Origin: an uncultured Marinoscillum sp.
Lineage (GTDB): Bacteria > Bacteroidota > Bacteroidia > Cytophagales > MED-G16
NCBI GenBank assembly: GCA_964527965.1
Contig: CAZGPH010000001.1
Location: 150,657 to 214,656, forward strand
Reading direction: 5' to 3'
Length of the DNA: 64,000 bases
Below, piece by piece: positions 27,870 to 37,595 of the stretch (within the stretch, counting starts at the first letter, position 1; each line of letters opens with the position of its first letter). Position numbers and translations under genes: made by a program. Below the pieces are notes generated by a model. It made no database searches and had not been told where the DNA came from. It saw only the letters and a list, made by a program, of their open reading frames with translations.

Positions 27870-28521
27870 TTTGAAGAAGAAAGAAAAGGTAAAATATGTT
27901 GTTGAACAATTAGAAAAACTATATCCAAAAACAACTATCCCTTTAGACCATAAAGATCCTTACACTTTATTAATTGCAGTGCTTCTCTCTGCTCAGAGTA
28001 CCGATAAAGGGGTAAATAAGATTACACCAAAGCTTTTTAAAATAGCTGACAACCCTTATGATATGATAAAACTTTCTGTTTCTAAAATAAGGGAAATTAT
28101 TAAACCAGTTGGTTTATCCCCAATGAAAGCAAAAGGAATTCACGGACTCTCTAAAATATTAATCGATAAACATAAAGGTAAAGTTCCTCGTGACTTAATT
28201 TCACTTGAAGAGCTTCCAGCGGTTGGGCATAAAACAGCAAGCGTTGTTATGTCGCAAGCCTTCGGTGAGCCTATGTTCCCAGTTGATACCCATATTCACA
28301 GGTTGATGTATAGGTGGGGTCTATCATCAGGAAAGAATGTTGTTAAAACAGAGGCTGACGCAAAAAGATTATTTCCAAAAAAATTATGGAATAAATTACA
28401 TCTACAAATTATATATTACGGAAGAGAAAGGTCTCCTGCGAGAGGATGGAACATCTATGACGATCCAATATCTCTAAAAATTGGAAGAAAATCTGTAATT
28501 AATAAATTAGTGAACTCCTAA
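27823..28521 (+). CDS. nth: Endonuclease III (Nth)-like HhH-GPD DNA glycosylase lacking the Fe-S cluster cysteines
   Basis: LLIAVLLSAQSTD, an HhH motif with the catalytic Lys (LPAVGHKTASVV) and the Asp context PVDTHIHR. There are no Cys residues anywhere in the ORF. The start is uncertain: ATG 27823 overlaps gldB by 47 nt, and TTG 27871 just after the gldB stop is an alternative. Confidence 0.75.
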   Translation: MIIRRFFITLITTHYNLKKKEKVKYVVEQLEKLYPKTTIPLDHKDPYTLLIAVLLSAQSTDKGVNKITPKLFKIADNPYDMIKLSVSKIREIIKPVGLSPMKAKGIHGLSKILIDKHKGKVPRDLISLEELPAVGHKTASVVMSQAFGEPMFPVDTHIHRLMYRWGLSSGKNVVKTEADAKRLFPKKLWNKLHLQIIYYGRERSPARGWNIYDDPISLKIGRKSVINKLVNS

Positions 28522-28760
28522 ACAAAATATTTACTTTTACTCTCTATAGAATAAGCTTTTATCTTATTTATTATTTCTTCAGACGGCTCTACAAAAAAGT
28601 TATCTAAACAACTTTTGATCTCACGAAAGGATTCAATTTTACCTTTTGTTTTAGCGTCTAAAAGAGACTGAATCGTAATTTTATTTTTATTAGGTTCTTC
28701 TAATTCGTTGTAGATATATTTTACTATATCAAGATTAGTAGAGGTTTTACTCATAGGCAA
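28518..28760 (-). CDS. Small hypothetical protein translationally coupled to the ECF sigma factor (possible cognate regulator)
   Basis: 80 aa with no TM segment and no HxxxCxxC motif. Its start overlaps the sigma-factor stop by 14 nt. Confidence 0.4.
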   Translation of the reverse strand: MPMSKTSTNLDIVKYIYNELEEPNKNKITIQSLLDAKTKGKIESFREIKSCLDNFFVEPSEEIINKIKAYSIESKSKYFV

Positions 28761-29328
28761 CTTGTTTTGGTTTAATTTTTTTTCTTAATGCTATTAAAGC
28801 GTACCTCATTCTTCCTAATGCTGTGTTGATGCTTACACCTGTGGCTTCTGATATTTCTTGGAAGCTCATTTCCATATAATGTCTCATAACCAAGACTTCT
28901 CTTTGTTTGTCAGGTAAACTTTTAATGATTTTTTTTAAGTATAATTTAGTTTCTTGTGATAAGTTTTCAGATTCTGTAAAATCTTCAGAAAACTTTAAAC
29001 AATTAAATATATCAGAACCATCAGCTAGGGTAATTTTTGGATGTCTTTTGTTTTTTCTAAAATGATCTATGGCTTGATTGTGAGCAACTCTAAGTATCCA
29101 AGGTAAAAACTTCCCTTGTTCATTATATTTTTTTTGTTTGAAGACGTTTAGTGTTTTGATAAAGACATCTTGTAATATATCTTCAGCTATATATTTGTCT
29201 TTTACAATTAGATAAATTGTTGTGAATATTCTGGACTTATGTCTATCAATTAATGTAGACATTGCCTCTTCGTTACCTTGAGTGTAAAGTGATATTAAAC
29301 AACTATCACTTAATTCCGTTTTTAACAT
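28747..29328 (-). CDS. ECF-type RNA polymerase sigma-70 family factor
   Basis: 193 aa. Region 2 (DILQDVFIKTL...FLPWILRVAHNQAIDHFRK) and region 4 HTH (REVLVMRHYMEMSFQEISEATGVSINTALGRMRYA). Confidence 0.85.
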   Translation of the reverse strand: MLKTELSDSCLISLYTQGNEEAMSTLIDRHKSRIFTTIYLIVKDKYIAEDILQDVFIKTLNVFKQKKYNEQGKFLPWILRVAHNQAIDHFRKNKRHPKITLADGSDIFNCLKFSEDFTESENLSQETKLYLKKIIKSLPDKQREVLVMRHYMEMSFQEISEATGVSINTALGRMRYALIALRKKIKPKQVAYE

Positions 29329-29434
29329 AATAAGTTATTATAATTTAGTAACGTAGAGGTCTATACCATATTGTGTTGTTTTGTTAAGAATATTTTAACT
29401 AATATAAAGATTGATTCTATAAATTCAAAAAAAG

Positions 29435-32194
29435 ATGCCTGAGCCAAAAAATATTATTATAAAGAAAGCAAGAGTAAACAACTTAAAAAACATTTCTCTT
29501 AATATTCCAAGAAATGAGTTTATTGTAATTTCTGGGGTATCTGGGTCTGGAAAAACATCTTTAGCTTTTGATACAATTTTTGCTGAAGGACAGAGAAAAT
29601 ATATTGAAAGCTTAAGTTCGTATGCTCGTCAATTTTTAAAAAGGATGGATAAGCCTAATGTAGATATGATAGAAGGTTTATCCCCAGCAATTGCGGTTGA
29701 TCAGAAAAGAAATAATAAAAACCCCAGATCAACAGTTGGAACTCTATCAGAAGTTTATGATTATTTAAAACTTTTATATTTAAATATTGGGAAAACAATA
29801 TCTCCTATATCAGGCAACATTGTTAAAAAAGATAGTTTTGATGATGTCTTAAAATATGTTCTTAAGAATAATGGAAAAAAATATTACATATCAATAAACA
29901 AAAAATCTTCAAGAGATAATTATGTTAGAGATTTAGAGATTTTATTAAATAAAGGTTTCACACGGGTTGTTGTAGATGAGGAATTCTATACTATTGAGTC
30001 TATGCTTTCTTCTAAGAAAAAACATCTAAACTTTCAAGTTCTTATAGACAGAGGTGTTGTTGTTGTGGATGATGAAAATTTTAAGTTTAAAATTGTAGAA
30101 GTTTGTAAAGAAGCATTCTTTGAAGGTGATGGTAGGCTTTTGGTGACCTTTCCTGATAAAAAGAAAGAGTTCTCTAATAAATTTGAACTTGACGGAATAA
30201 GGTTTATTGAACCAACTATTAATCTTTTTAGCTTTAATAACCCTTATGGAGCTTGTTCTGGTTGTGGTGGGTTTGGTAATGTTCTTGGTTTTGATGATAA
30301 TAAAATAATACCCAACAAAAACCTTTCTATTATTTCAAATTGTATTGCACCGTGGAGAACAGAAAAGATGAAGGTTTGGCTACAACCTTTAATTTCTAAT
30401 AATAGAGAATTTAATGTAGATATACACAAACCATATATTAAACTATCAGAACAAGAGAAAAAGATTGTGTGGGAAGGAAAAGGAGTATTTAAAGGGCTAA
30501 ATAAGTTTTTCAAATATTTAGAGAGAAAAAGTTATAAAATTCAATATAGAATAATAGCCTCAAGATATAAAGGAAAAACAAAATGCAAAATGTGCTTAGG
30601 TTCAGGCATAAGAAAAGAAGCCCAGAATGTTAAAATAAATAATAAGAGTATTTTAGATATAGTATTAAGCCCAATAGATAAATCTTTAAAGTTTTTTAAA
30701 GAATTAACTCTTACAAAAAACGAAAAAAAACTTAGTGAAAGGGCCTTACACGAAATCACCTCAAGACTAAACTATATTAATGATATAGGATTGGGTTATT
30801 TGACTTTAAACAGAAAAGTAAACTCGCTGTCTGGTGGTGAGTTTCAAAGAATAAAACTAGCTACATCTCTAGGAAGTTCTTTGGTTGGATCTTTATATGT
30901 TTTAGATGAACCAACAGTTGGCCTTCACCCGCATAACACAAATAAACTTATTGAAATATTAAAGTCTTTAAAAAAAATAGGAAATACTGTAATAGTTGTA
31001 GAGCACGATGAAGATGTAATCATGTCTTCAGACTACTTAATTGATATAGGGCCTGGTGCGGGTAGTAAAGGAGGTGAAGTTGTCTATGCTGGTAATACTA
31101 ACTCTATAAACAAATCAACAAATAGCCCAACAAGTAATTTTATTTTTAATAAAAAGAAAATTAAAAATATAGAGGTAAGGAAATCCTCTAAAAACATAAT
31201 TATTTGTAAAGCTAGAGAGAACAACTTACAAAATATAGATGTTAAAATTCCACTTGAGTGTTTAGTAGTTATAACTGGAGTAAGTGGATCTGGAAAATCA
31301 ACCCTTATAAAACAGATCTTATATCCAGCTTTAGCAAAAAGATTAGAAAAGAAATATGAAAAAGAAGGAGATTACGATTCATTAAAAGGTGATCTTGATA
31401 TTATTCAAAATATTGAAATGGTAGATCAAAACCCAGTAGGAAGATCATCTAGGTCAAACCCAGCAACTTACTCTAAAGCATATGATGCAATAAGAAAAAT
31501 TTTTGCGACAGAAGGGTTTCAGTCTGATAAGTCTATAAAACCTTCTGATTTTTCTTTTAACGTTGACGGAGGTAGATGTGATGAGTGTCTTGGAGAAGGA
31601 ACTCAAAAAATTGAAATGCAGTTTATGGCAGACTTATATTTAGAATGCAGCGCATGTAAAGGAAAAAGATTTAAAAAGAGAATACTAGATGTTAAATATA
31701 ATAACAAAAACATCTATGATGTATTAGAGATGACAATTGAGGAGTCTCTAAATTTCTTTTCAGATTCTAGACTAATTCAAAAAAAATTAAAACCAATGTA
31801 CGATGTTGGGTTGGGATATTTGAGACTTGGACAGTCTTCTAGTACCCTGAGTGGAGGAGAAGCTCAAAGGTTAAAATTAGCAGCATACCTTTCTGACGAG
31901 AAAAAGTTAAATGAAAAAACCCTCTTTATATTTGATGAACCATCATCGGGATTACATAATAAAGATATTTCTTATTTTATGACTTCTGTTTTTCGTTTAA
32001 TAGAAAATGGAAACTCAGTTATAATAATTGAACATAACACAGAATTGATTAAACAGGCGGATTGGGTTATTGACATGGGGCCGGAAGGTGGAGACGGGGG
32101 AGGATTAATTTGTTTTGAAGGAACACCAAAAGATCTCATCAAATTAAAGAATAATAAAACAGCAAAATATTTAAAAAAAGAGTTCGTTAATTGA
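29435..32194 (+). CDS. uvrA: Excinuclease ABC subunit A (UvrA family)
   Basis: 919 aa. Two ABC modules (GVSGSGKTSLAFDT / LSGGEFQRIKLA and GVSGSGKSTLIKQ / LSGGEAQRLKLA). Zinc modules ACSGCGG...CKMCLGSG and CDECLGEG...CSACKGKR. Confidence 0.9.
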   Translation: MPEPKNIIIKKARVNNLKNISLNIPRNEFIVISGVSGSGKTSLAFDTIFAEGQRKYIESLSSYARQFLKRMDKPNVDMIEGLSPAIAVDQKRNNKNPRSTVGTLSEVYDYLKLLYLNIGKTISPISGNIVKKDSFDDVLKYVLKNNGKKYYISINKKSSRDNYVRDLEILLNKGFTRVVVDEEFYTIESMLSSKKKHLNFQVLIDRGVVVVDDENFKFKIVEVCKEAFFEGDGRLLVTFPDKKKEFSNKFELDGIRFIEPTINLFSFNNPYGACSGCGGFGNVLGFDDNKIIPNKNLSIISNCIAPWRTEKMKVWLQPLISNNREFNVDIHKPYIKLSEQEKKIVWEGKGVFKGLNKFFKYLERKSYKIQYRIIASRYKGKTKCKMCLGSGIRKEAQNVKINNKSILDIVLSPIDKSLKFFKELTLTKNEKKLSERALHEITSRLNYINDIGLGYLTLNRKVNSLSGGEFQRIKLATSLGSSLVGSLYVLDEPTVGLHPHNTNKLIEILKSLKKIGNTVIVVEHDEDVIMSSDYLIDIGPGAGSKGGEVVYAGNTNSINKSTNSPTSNFIFNKKKIKNIEVRKSSKNIIICKARENNLQNIDVKIPLECLVVITGVSGSGKSTLIKQILYPALAKRLEKKYEKEGDYDSLKGDLDIIQNIEMVDQNPVGRSSRSNPATYSKAYDAIRKIFATEGFQSDKSIKPSDFSFNVDGGRCDECLGEGTQKIEMQFMADLYLECSACKGKRFKKRILDVKYNNKNIYDVLEMTIEESLNFFSDSRLIQKKLKPMYDVGLGYLRLGQSSSTLSGGEAQRLKLAAYLSDEKKLNEKTLFIFDEPSSGLHNKDISYFMTSVFRLIENGNSVIIIEHNTELIKQADWVIDMGPEGGDGGGLICFEGTPKDLIKLKNNKTAKYLKKEFVN

Positions 32195-32221
32195 TTTTAA
32201 TCATCAATTAAATATTTAAAT

Positions 32222-32229
32222 TAATTTTG
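32222..32229 (+). promoter_or_regulatory. Candidate Bacteroidota -7 promoter box (TAnnTTTG) for tpiA
   Basis: TAATTTTG lies 21 nt upstream of the tpiA ATG in the 55-nt intergenic gap. A motif match in AT-rich DNA is weak evidence. Confidence 0.3.
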
Positions 32230-32249
32230 TTCTACATAAAAAAAAGAAA

Positions 32250-33014
32250 ATGGCACAAAATATTATTGCAGCAAATTGGAAAATGAATAACGATGAGTAT
32301 TCATCTAAAAAACTTGCGTATGAGTTTTTAAAGTTATTAGATAGAAAAAATGACAATAAAACTTTAAAGATTTTATGTGTTCCTTATCCTTTTTTATCAT
32401 CTATTGATAATATGTGTGGCGGAACAGATTCTGTTTTTGTTGGTGCTCAGAATTGTAGTTCATTTGAGCAAGGCGCTTATACTGGAGAAGTGTCTACGCT
32501 TATGTTAAAAAGTTTAGGAATAAAATATGTGATAATTGGTCACAGTGAAAGAAGAGAACTTTTTTCTGAGACGAATGAAGAAATATTAAATAAAACCACA
32601 CAGTCAATAGAAAAACAAATTTCTCCAATTTTTTGTTGTGGAGAGCCATTGTCTATAAGAGATAAAGGTACCCACGTTGATTATGTTTTAAATCAACTTC
32701 AAGAAACTGTTTTAAAATTAAATAAAGAAAGCTTCAAAAAAGTAATTATTGCTTATGAGCCTATATGGGCTATTGGGTCTGGAAAAACAGCAAAAAATGA
32801 AGATATAAAAGAAATGCATGGGGCTATTAGGGATGGTATTAAAAGTAAATATGGTTCTTCAATTTCAAAAAGCACAAGTATTCTCTATGGAGGAAGTGTA
32901 AAAGCTATTAACGCAAAAGAGATATTTGATTTAGAAGATGTAGATGGTGGACTTATAGGAGGCGCATCTCTAGAGGCTCAAGAGTTTATAGATATTGTTA
33001 ATTCTATAAGTTGA
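32250..33014 (+). CDS. tpiA: Triosephosphate isomerase
   Basis: ANWKMN N-terminus, GHSERR, AYEPIWAIGSGKTA, YGGSV. Confidence 0.95.
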   Translation: MAQNIIAANWKMNNDEYSSKKLAYEFLKLLDRKNDNKTLKILCVPYPFLSSIDNMCGGTDSVFVGAQNCSSFEQGAYTGEVSTLMLKSLGIKYVIIGHSERRELFSETNEEILNKTTQSIEKQISPIFCCGEPLSIRDKGTHVDYVLNQLQETVLKLNKESFKKVIIAYEPIWAIGSGKTAKNEDIKEMHGAIRDGIKSKYGSSISKSTSILYGGSVKAINAKEIFDLEDVDGGLIGGASLEAQEFIDIVNSIS

Positions 33015-36000
33015 TTATTATGATTAAAGGTCAAGCTCAGATGAAAGTTATTTTATGCCTGATCTTTCTGTTTTCTTGTCATTTTTCTTCTTCACAATCT
33101 AAAATTACCTATACAGTTGATCAATTTGAAGATCAGATTAAACTAGACTTTAAGCGTATGGGGATGGAATCTTTAGAGTCTGAGATAATGCTTAAGACTA
33201 TAGGTAACTGGAGAAAAAGCTTTTCTGATGAGGAAAAAAAATCTTTTATTGATATACTAAATTTTTTATCATCTTCGGATTCTAAAAATTACTTATCCTT
33301 TCTTTATTATTCAGATTGGTTAATAGATAAGGTAGAAACAAAAACATCACTAATTGATATTTTTTTTTATCATTATTACTTTATTAATTCTACAGTCAAG
33401 CCTAACAAATATTTTCAGTTATTATGGGAAAAAATAATCAACAATAATTTCATTGACAGATCCTCACATAAAATATCTTATAATTCTAAATTTAAAGTAA
33501 GTATTGAGAGCTTTTCGAATTACAACCTATATAATGAAGACGGTAGCGTTTTAGGGGTTCTAACATTTAATTTTAAAAATGCTGATATATTATTTCAATC
33601 ATCTAATGATAATTTTAAGTTATTAAACCCAAATTTTAAATTTTATCCAGACTTAAATATTATAGAAGGAGACCAAGCGTCAATTTCTTCTTATTTTACT
33701 AACGAAAACCTTGAACAAGTAGAATTTATTTTAAATCGTTTCAATATTGATTTAGATAAAGGACAACTCTCATCTAATGATACTAAATTTAATTCTAAAA
33801 AATTTAAAAATGTTTTAGGATCATTTGACTATTTACCACCTAAAAATCTTGGGGGACCAAAAAACAAATTTTCATTTGTTTCAAATGAGTCTAATATAAA
33901 TTATACTTTTCAAAATAATATTAGAATTCGGATGGGAATCACTTTGGATGGAGATAACTTGTTTACTCAATCTCTTGCCGGAGAAAATTCTCAAATCATA
34001 TTTAAACTCAAGTATGAAAAAGAGATCGTAGTTAACAGTCCTTCATTTAAATTAGGGTTAAACTCTATTTCCTCTCCCTCTTCTTACTTTAAAATAACGC
34101 ATCAATCAGATTCTTTATATCACCCACTAGTAGAGTTTAGTTATAACAAAAAAACAAATACAATTGAAGTTTTAAACTTAAAGGGCCCTTTAAATAACAC
34201 ACCTTTTTATTCTACTTTTTTTGATATAGAGTTTGACCCTGATTATTTACGATACCAATTAGAAGAAGATAAGGTTAAGTTTGGAATGATTGTAGCTCCA
34301 AATCAACGACCAATTAATGTTTTTTCAACTCATTATTTTTCAAATAATAATCTGAATAAGCTTACCGACTTAAATGGTATAAATATTTTAAAGGCCACAT
34401 ATACTTATTTTTCTAAAGTTAGAAGAACAGATTTTTACTTATCAGATTTAGCTTACTTTTTTAAGACCAAAACAAATCTTATAGAAGGTGGAATAGTTAG
34501 TCTCTGGAGAAACGGATTTATTTCCTATAACAGATCAACTGGTTTAATTAATATTCTCCCAAAGCTTCGACATTATTATAGGTCTCACCTTAAAAGGTCA
34601 GATTTTGATGAATTTAATTTTACTTCTTTATCTCCAAATACTGATAATTTAATTTATGATCTTTCAAATAATTCTATGCGTTTTGTCGGAGTGGAAAGCA
34701 TAACAATAAGTAAAAAAAATAACATTATAGTTTACCCTAAAAACGGAAAGGTTGAGTTAAATAAAAACCGATCAGTAAAACTTTTAGGGGATATTTCTGT
34801 TGGAAACTTTGATTTTAATGGAGTTAAACTTCATTTTGATTATGAAACATACCTTCTAGATTTAATAGAGATAGATACTTTAAGGATGATGACAAAAAAT
34901 AATTCAAAAGACAGTTATAACTATCTTTTTAATATAGGTGGTGATTTATTTATTAATCATCCTAAAAATAAGTCATCAAGAAGGGACCTTCCCAAATTTC
35001 CTTCTTTTATTTCTAAGAAGAGCACAAAGGTATATTTTGATCTTCCGGAGGAATATGGTGAAGAATATGACAGTAGTTTTTATTTTTCAATAGACCAATT
35101 TCAAATTGATAGTTTAGATAAATCCAGCTTACCTAAATTTGAGTTTCCTGGTACATTTTTTTCAAACAATATATTTGAGCCAATAGAAACAAAACTTGTG
35201 ACGATGCCAGACAACTCCTTAGGATTTAATATGAATTTAGGTGATAATGGGTTGCCAGCGTATAAGGGTAAAATCAAAACTTATAATAATTTGTTAATGG
35301 ACTCTACAGGATTATATATTTCTGGAAATGTTGAATATAAAACGACCATGTTATTTTCAGATAAAATAAGGTTTTTTCCTGATTCTCTTTCGGGAAATTT
35401 AGATAAAGGTTTTGTTTACAAGGGGCAATTTAATAACAGTAAATTCAACTATCCACCTATGGAACTTTCAGGTTTAGACTTCACTTACTATAATCTTGGG
35501 GATGATTATTTGTATTTTCAATATGACTCAACCAATAACTCTAAGATTTATGCTTATGAAAACGCTGTTGAGGTTTTTGGAGACTTAATTATCTCATCAC
35601 AAAATGTTACATCAGATGGAGAGTTAGAAACAAATAATTCTCATTTTAGTTCTGATAATTTTTCGTTTAGTAAAGATTATCTAATATCTGAAAATACAGA
35701 TTTTAAGCTAAGCCATTATAATCATGAATCAGGACTTTTAAACTCAGAGGGATTATCTTTTAAATTTGATATTCAAAAAAATGAGATGGAGTTCAAGTCT
35801 AATTATTTTGATGAAAAAAATTTTATTTTACCTCACTATAAAGTAACCTCATCCCTTTCTTACGCCAAATGGTTAATAAACGAAAACCAAATTTATTTAA
35901 GTGCAGAAAGTGATGAAAATCATTATTTTTATCCTTATGATGAAGATTTTAATAATTGGAATTTTAGAGCTTCTGGTGCAGTTTTAGATTTAAATATAGC

Positions 36001-37531
36001 TAGTTTAAGTATAGATGGAATCCCAGAATTACAAGTAGCAGATGCTTATATAATACCAAAAAAAGGAAATATTATAGTAAGTGAAGAATTCAATATTTCC
36101 CCATTAAATCAAGCAGAAATAATTCTTGATACCATAAACGAATATCATAAATTCACAAATTCAGATATACTTATTAAATCTAAAAATAAGTTTGAGGGTC
36201 AAGGTATTTATGAATACGTTAATTTCAATAATGACACATTTAATTTGCCATTTTCTGAGTTTGAGCTGAAGTCTTTAGACTTTGGGGTTAAGTCCTCTTT
36301 TTCAATGGGAATTGTAGAAGAATCATCTCCAATTCTGATGGAACCCGGTTTTAACTTCTATGGAAAAATTGAACTATTAGCTAACAATGAACAATTACTT
36401 TTTAAGGGTAATATTATTCCTTCAGAGATTAAACAGTTTAGAATTGAAAACGCAATTCCTTTTGATGGTTATTTTTCGCCAGGTGATGAATTAACATTAA
36501 GTATTTCTGATGGAGATGGTTTTTATAATGCAGCAATATCAAAAAACTATAATACATTATTTTTTGATTTTTTTAATAATTCTGTAAACAAAGAAAGTTT
36601 GGTTTTTTTTAATCCATCAGGCAAGCTTTCATATGACTCCTTTACAGGAGAGTATCTTATAGAAACATTAAGTAAAAGAAACCAGGATGTTTATAATGGT
36701 AATTCATTATTATATAACCCTAATAAAAATGAAGTTGCATTTGAGGGGAGGGTTAAAATGATTGATAATGATAACAATTTTAGAGTTTTTTCCTCAATGT
36801 CCGGGCAATCATATATTGATTCAATGAATATTGACTCAGAACTTTTTTTAATAATAGATATTAATTTAAAAAGATCAATTGTTGATGAACTCGGTTTTGC
36901 TTTTAATGATATCATAGAAACTTTTGGCGCACCCATAGCTCACGATAACGAAGAAGATGTTCTAATGCGACTTGCTGATATAATTGGCCATCAAAAAACG
37001 ATAGCATATGAAAATATGATACTGAGTGAGTATAAGTCTTTGACAGAATCAGAATCTCTTTTAAATAGCACCTTTGTTTTTCCCAATACAAACTTTAGTT
37101 GGTCTCAAGAAAATAATTCTTGGTACAATACATCTGTGGTAAATCTTTCCAACGTAGGCTCTAGAGATGTAAACGCATCTATTGACGGGTTTGTTGAAAT
37201 AAAATATATAAGTGATTATGATTATGTTTTTACTTTGTTTTTACAGCCAGCACCAGAATTTTGGGTATATATGAGTTATGATGGAAAGGCGCTTAAAACA
37301 TTTTCTTCTAATGAAAGATATAATTCTGAAATGATATCAGCCTCTAATGCTAATGATAAATTTATAGCCGTGAATGTTGTAGATGAAAATTATATTTTAG
37401 ATTTTATTAATTCATTTAGGTTAACATATTTTGGTATAGAGGAACCTTATAATTTAATGTCACCTTCTGACACATTTTTAGAAGATGAGGTTTTCAAAAC
37501 AGTCTCTGATGATGAAGATGATGGTTTTTAA
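33011..37531 (+). CDS. Very large (about 1500 aa) exported protein of unknown function
   Basis: Uninterrupted 4.5-kb ORF. The listed TTG 33011 overlaps the tpiA stop. ATG 33041 gives a classic signal peptide (MKVILCLIFLFSCHFSSSQS). The sequence is rich in N, S, F, Y and D, I found no Cys after the signal peptide, and it ends in an acidic tail, SDDEDDGF. I recognise no catalytic or named domain motif. Confidence 0.6.
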   Translation: MIIMIKGQAQMKVILCLIFLFSCHFSSSQSKITYTVDQFEDQIKLDFKRMGMESLESEIMLKTIGNWRKSFSDEEKKSFIDILNFLSSSDSKNYLSFLYYSDWLIDKVETKTSLIDIFFYHYYFINSTVKPNKYFQLLWEKIINNNFIDRSSHKISYNSKFKVSIESFSNYNLYNEDGSVLGVLTFNFKNADILFQSSNDNFKLLNPNFKFYPDLNIIEGDQASISSYFTNENLEQVEFILNRFNIDLDKGQLSSNDTKFNSKKFKNVLGSFDYLPPKNLGGPKNKFSFVSNESNINYTFQNNIRIRMGITLDGDNLFTQSLAGENSQIIFKLKYEKEIVVNSPSFKLGLNSISSPSSYFKITHQSDSLYHPLVEFSYNKKTNTIEVLNLKGPLNNTPFYSTFFDIEFDPDYLRYQLEEDKVKFGMIVAPNQRPINVFSTHYFSNNNLNKLTDLNGINILKATYTYFSKVRRTDFYLSDLAYFFKTKTNLIEGGIVSLWRNGFISYNRSTGLINILPKLRHYYRSHLKRSDFDEFNFTSLSPNTDNLIYDLSNNSMRFVGVESITISKKNNIIVYPKNGKVELNKNRSVKLLGDISVGNFDFNGVKLHFDYETYLLDLIEIDTLRMMTKNNSKDSYNYLFNIGGDLFINHPKNKSSRRDLPKFPSFISKKSTKVYFDLPEEYGEEYDSSFYFSIDQFQIDSLDKSSLPKFEFPGTFFSNNIFEPIETKLVTMPDNSLGFNMNLGDNGLPAYKGKIKTYNNLLMDSTGLYISGNVEYKTTMLFSDKIRFFPDSLSGNLDKGFVYKGQFNNSKFNYPPMELSGLDFTYYNLGDDYLYFQYDSTNNSKIYAYENAVEVFGDLIISSQNVTSDGELETNNSHFSSDNFSFSKDYLISENTDFKLSHYNHESGLLNSEGLSFKFDIQKNEMEFKSNYFDEKNFILPHYKVTSSLSYAKWLINENQIYLSAESDENHYFYPYDEDFNNWNFRASGAVLDLNIASLSIDGIPELQVADAYIIPKKGNIIVSEEFNISPLNQAEIILDTINEYHKFTNSDILIKSKNKFEGQGIYEYVNFNNDTFNLPFSEFELKSLDFGVKSSFSMGIVEESSPILMEPGFNFYGKIELLANNEQLLFKGNIIPSEIKQFRIENAIPFDGYFSPGDELTLSISDGDGFYNAAISKNYNTLFFDFFNNSVNKESLVFFNPSGKLSYDSFTGEYLIETLSKRNQDVYNGNSLLYNPNKNEVAFEGRVKMIDNDNNFRVFSSMSGQSYIDSMNIDSELFLIIDINLKRSIVDELGFAFNDIIETFGAPIAHDNEEDVLMRLADIIGHQKTIAYENMILSEYKSLTESESLLNSTFVFPNTNFSWSQENNSWYNTSVVNLSNVGSRDVNASIDGFVEIKYISDYDYVFTLFLQPAPEFWVYMSYDGKALKTFSSNERYNSEMISASNANDKFIAVNVVDENYILDFINSFRLTYFGIEEPYNLMSPSDTFLEDEVFKTVSDDEDDGF

Positions 37532-37595
37532 TTTATATTATTTTAACAAATTTTAGTTGACTATATCTCTCGGTAAAAAGTATATATGATTAAAT

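Noticed and set aside
29435-32194. Whether uvrA is a divergent class II (UvrA2-like) paralogue, because SPIS replaces an expected CxxC near residue 120.
   Set aside because: The length (919 aa) and both ABC modules and zinc modules look canonical. As I recall, the S-P-x-S variant is common in Bacteroidota UvrA. I cannot distinguish paralogues without an alignment.
33011-37531. Calling the 1506-aa protein TamB/AsmA-like or a T9SS cargo or adhesin.
   Set aside because: It has a cleavable-type signal peptide rather than an N-terminal anchor helix. I can recognise no DUF490-like C-terminus and no T9SS C-terminal domain pattern. It is left as unknown.
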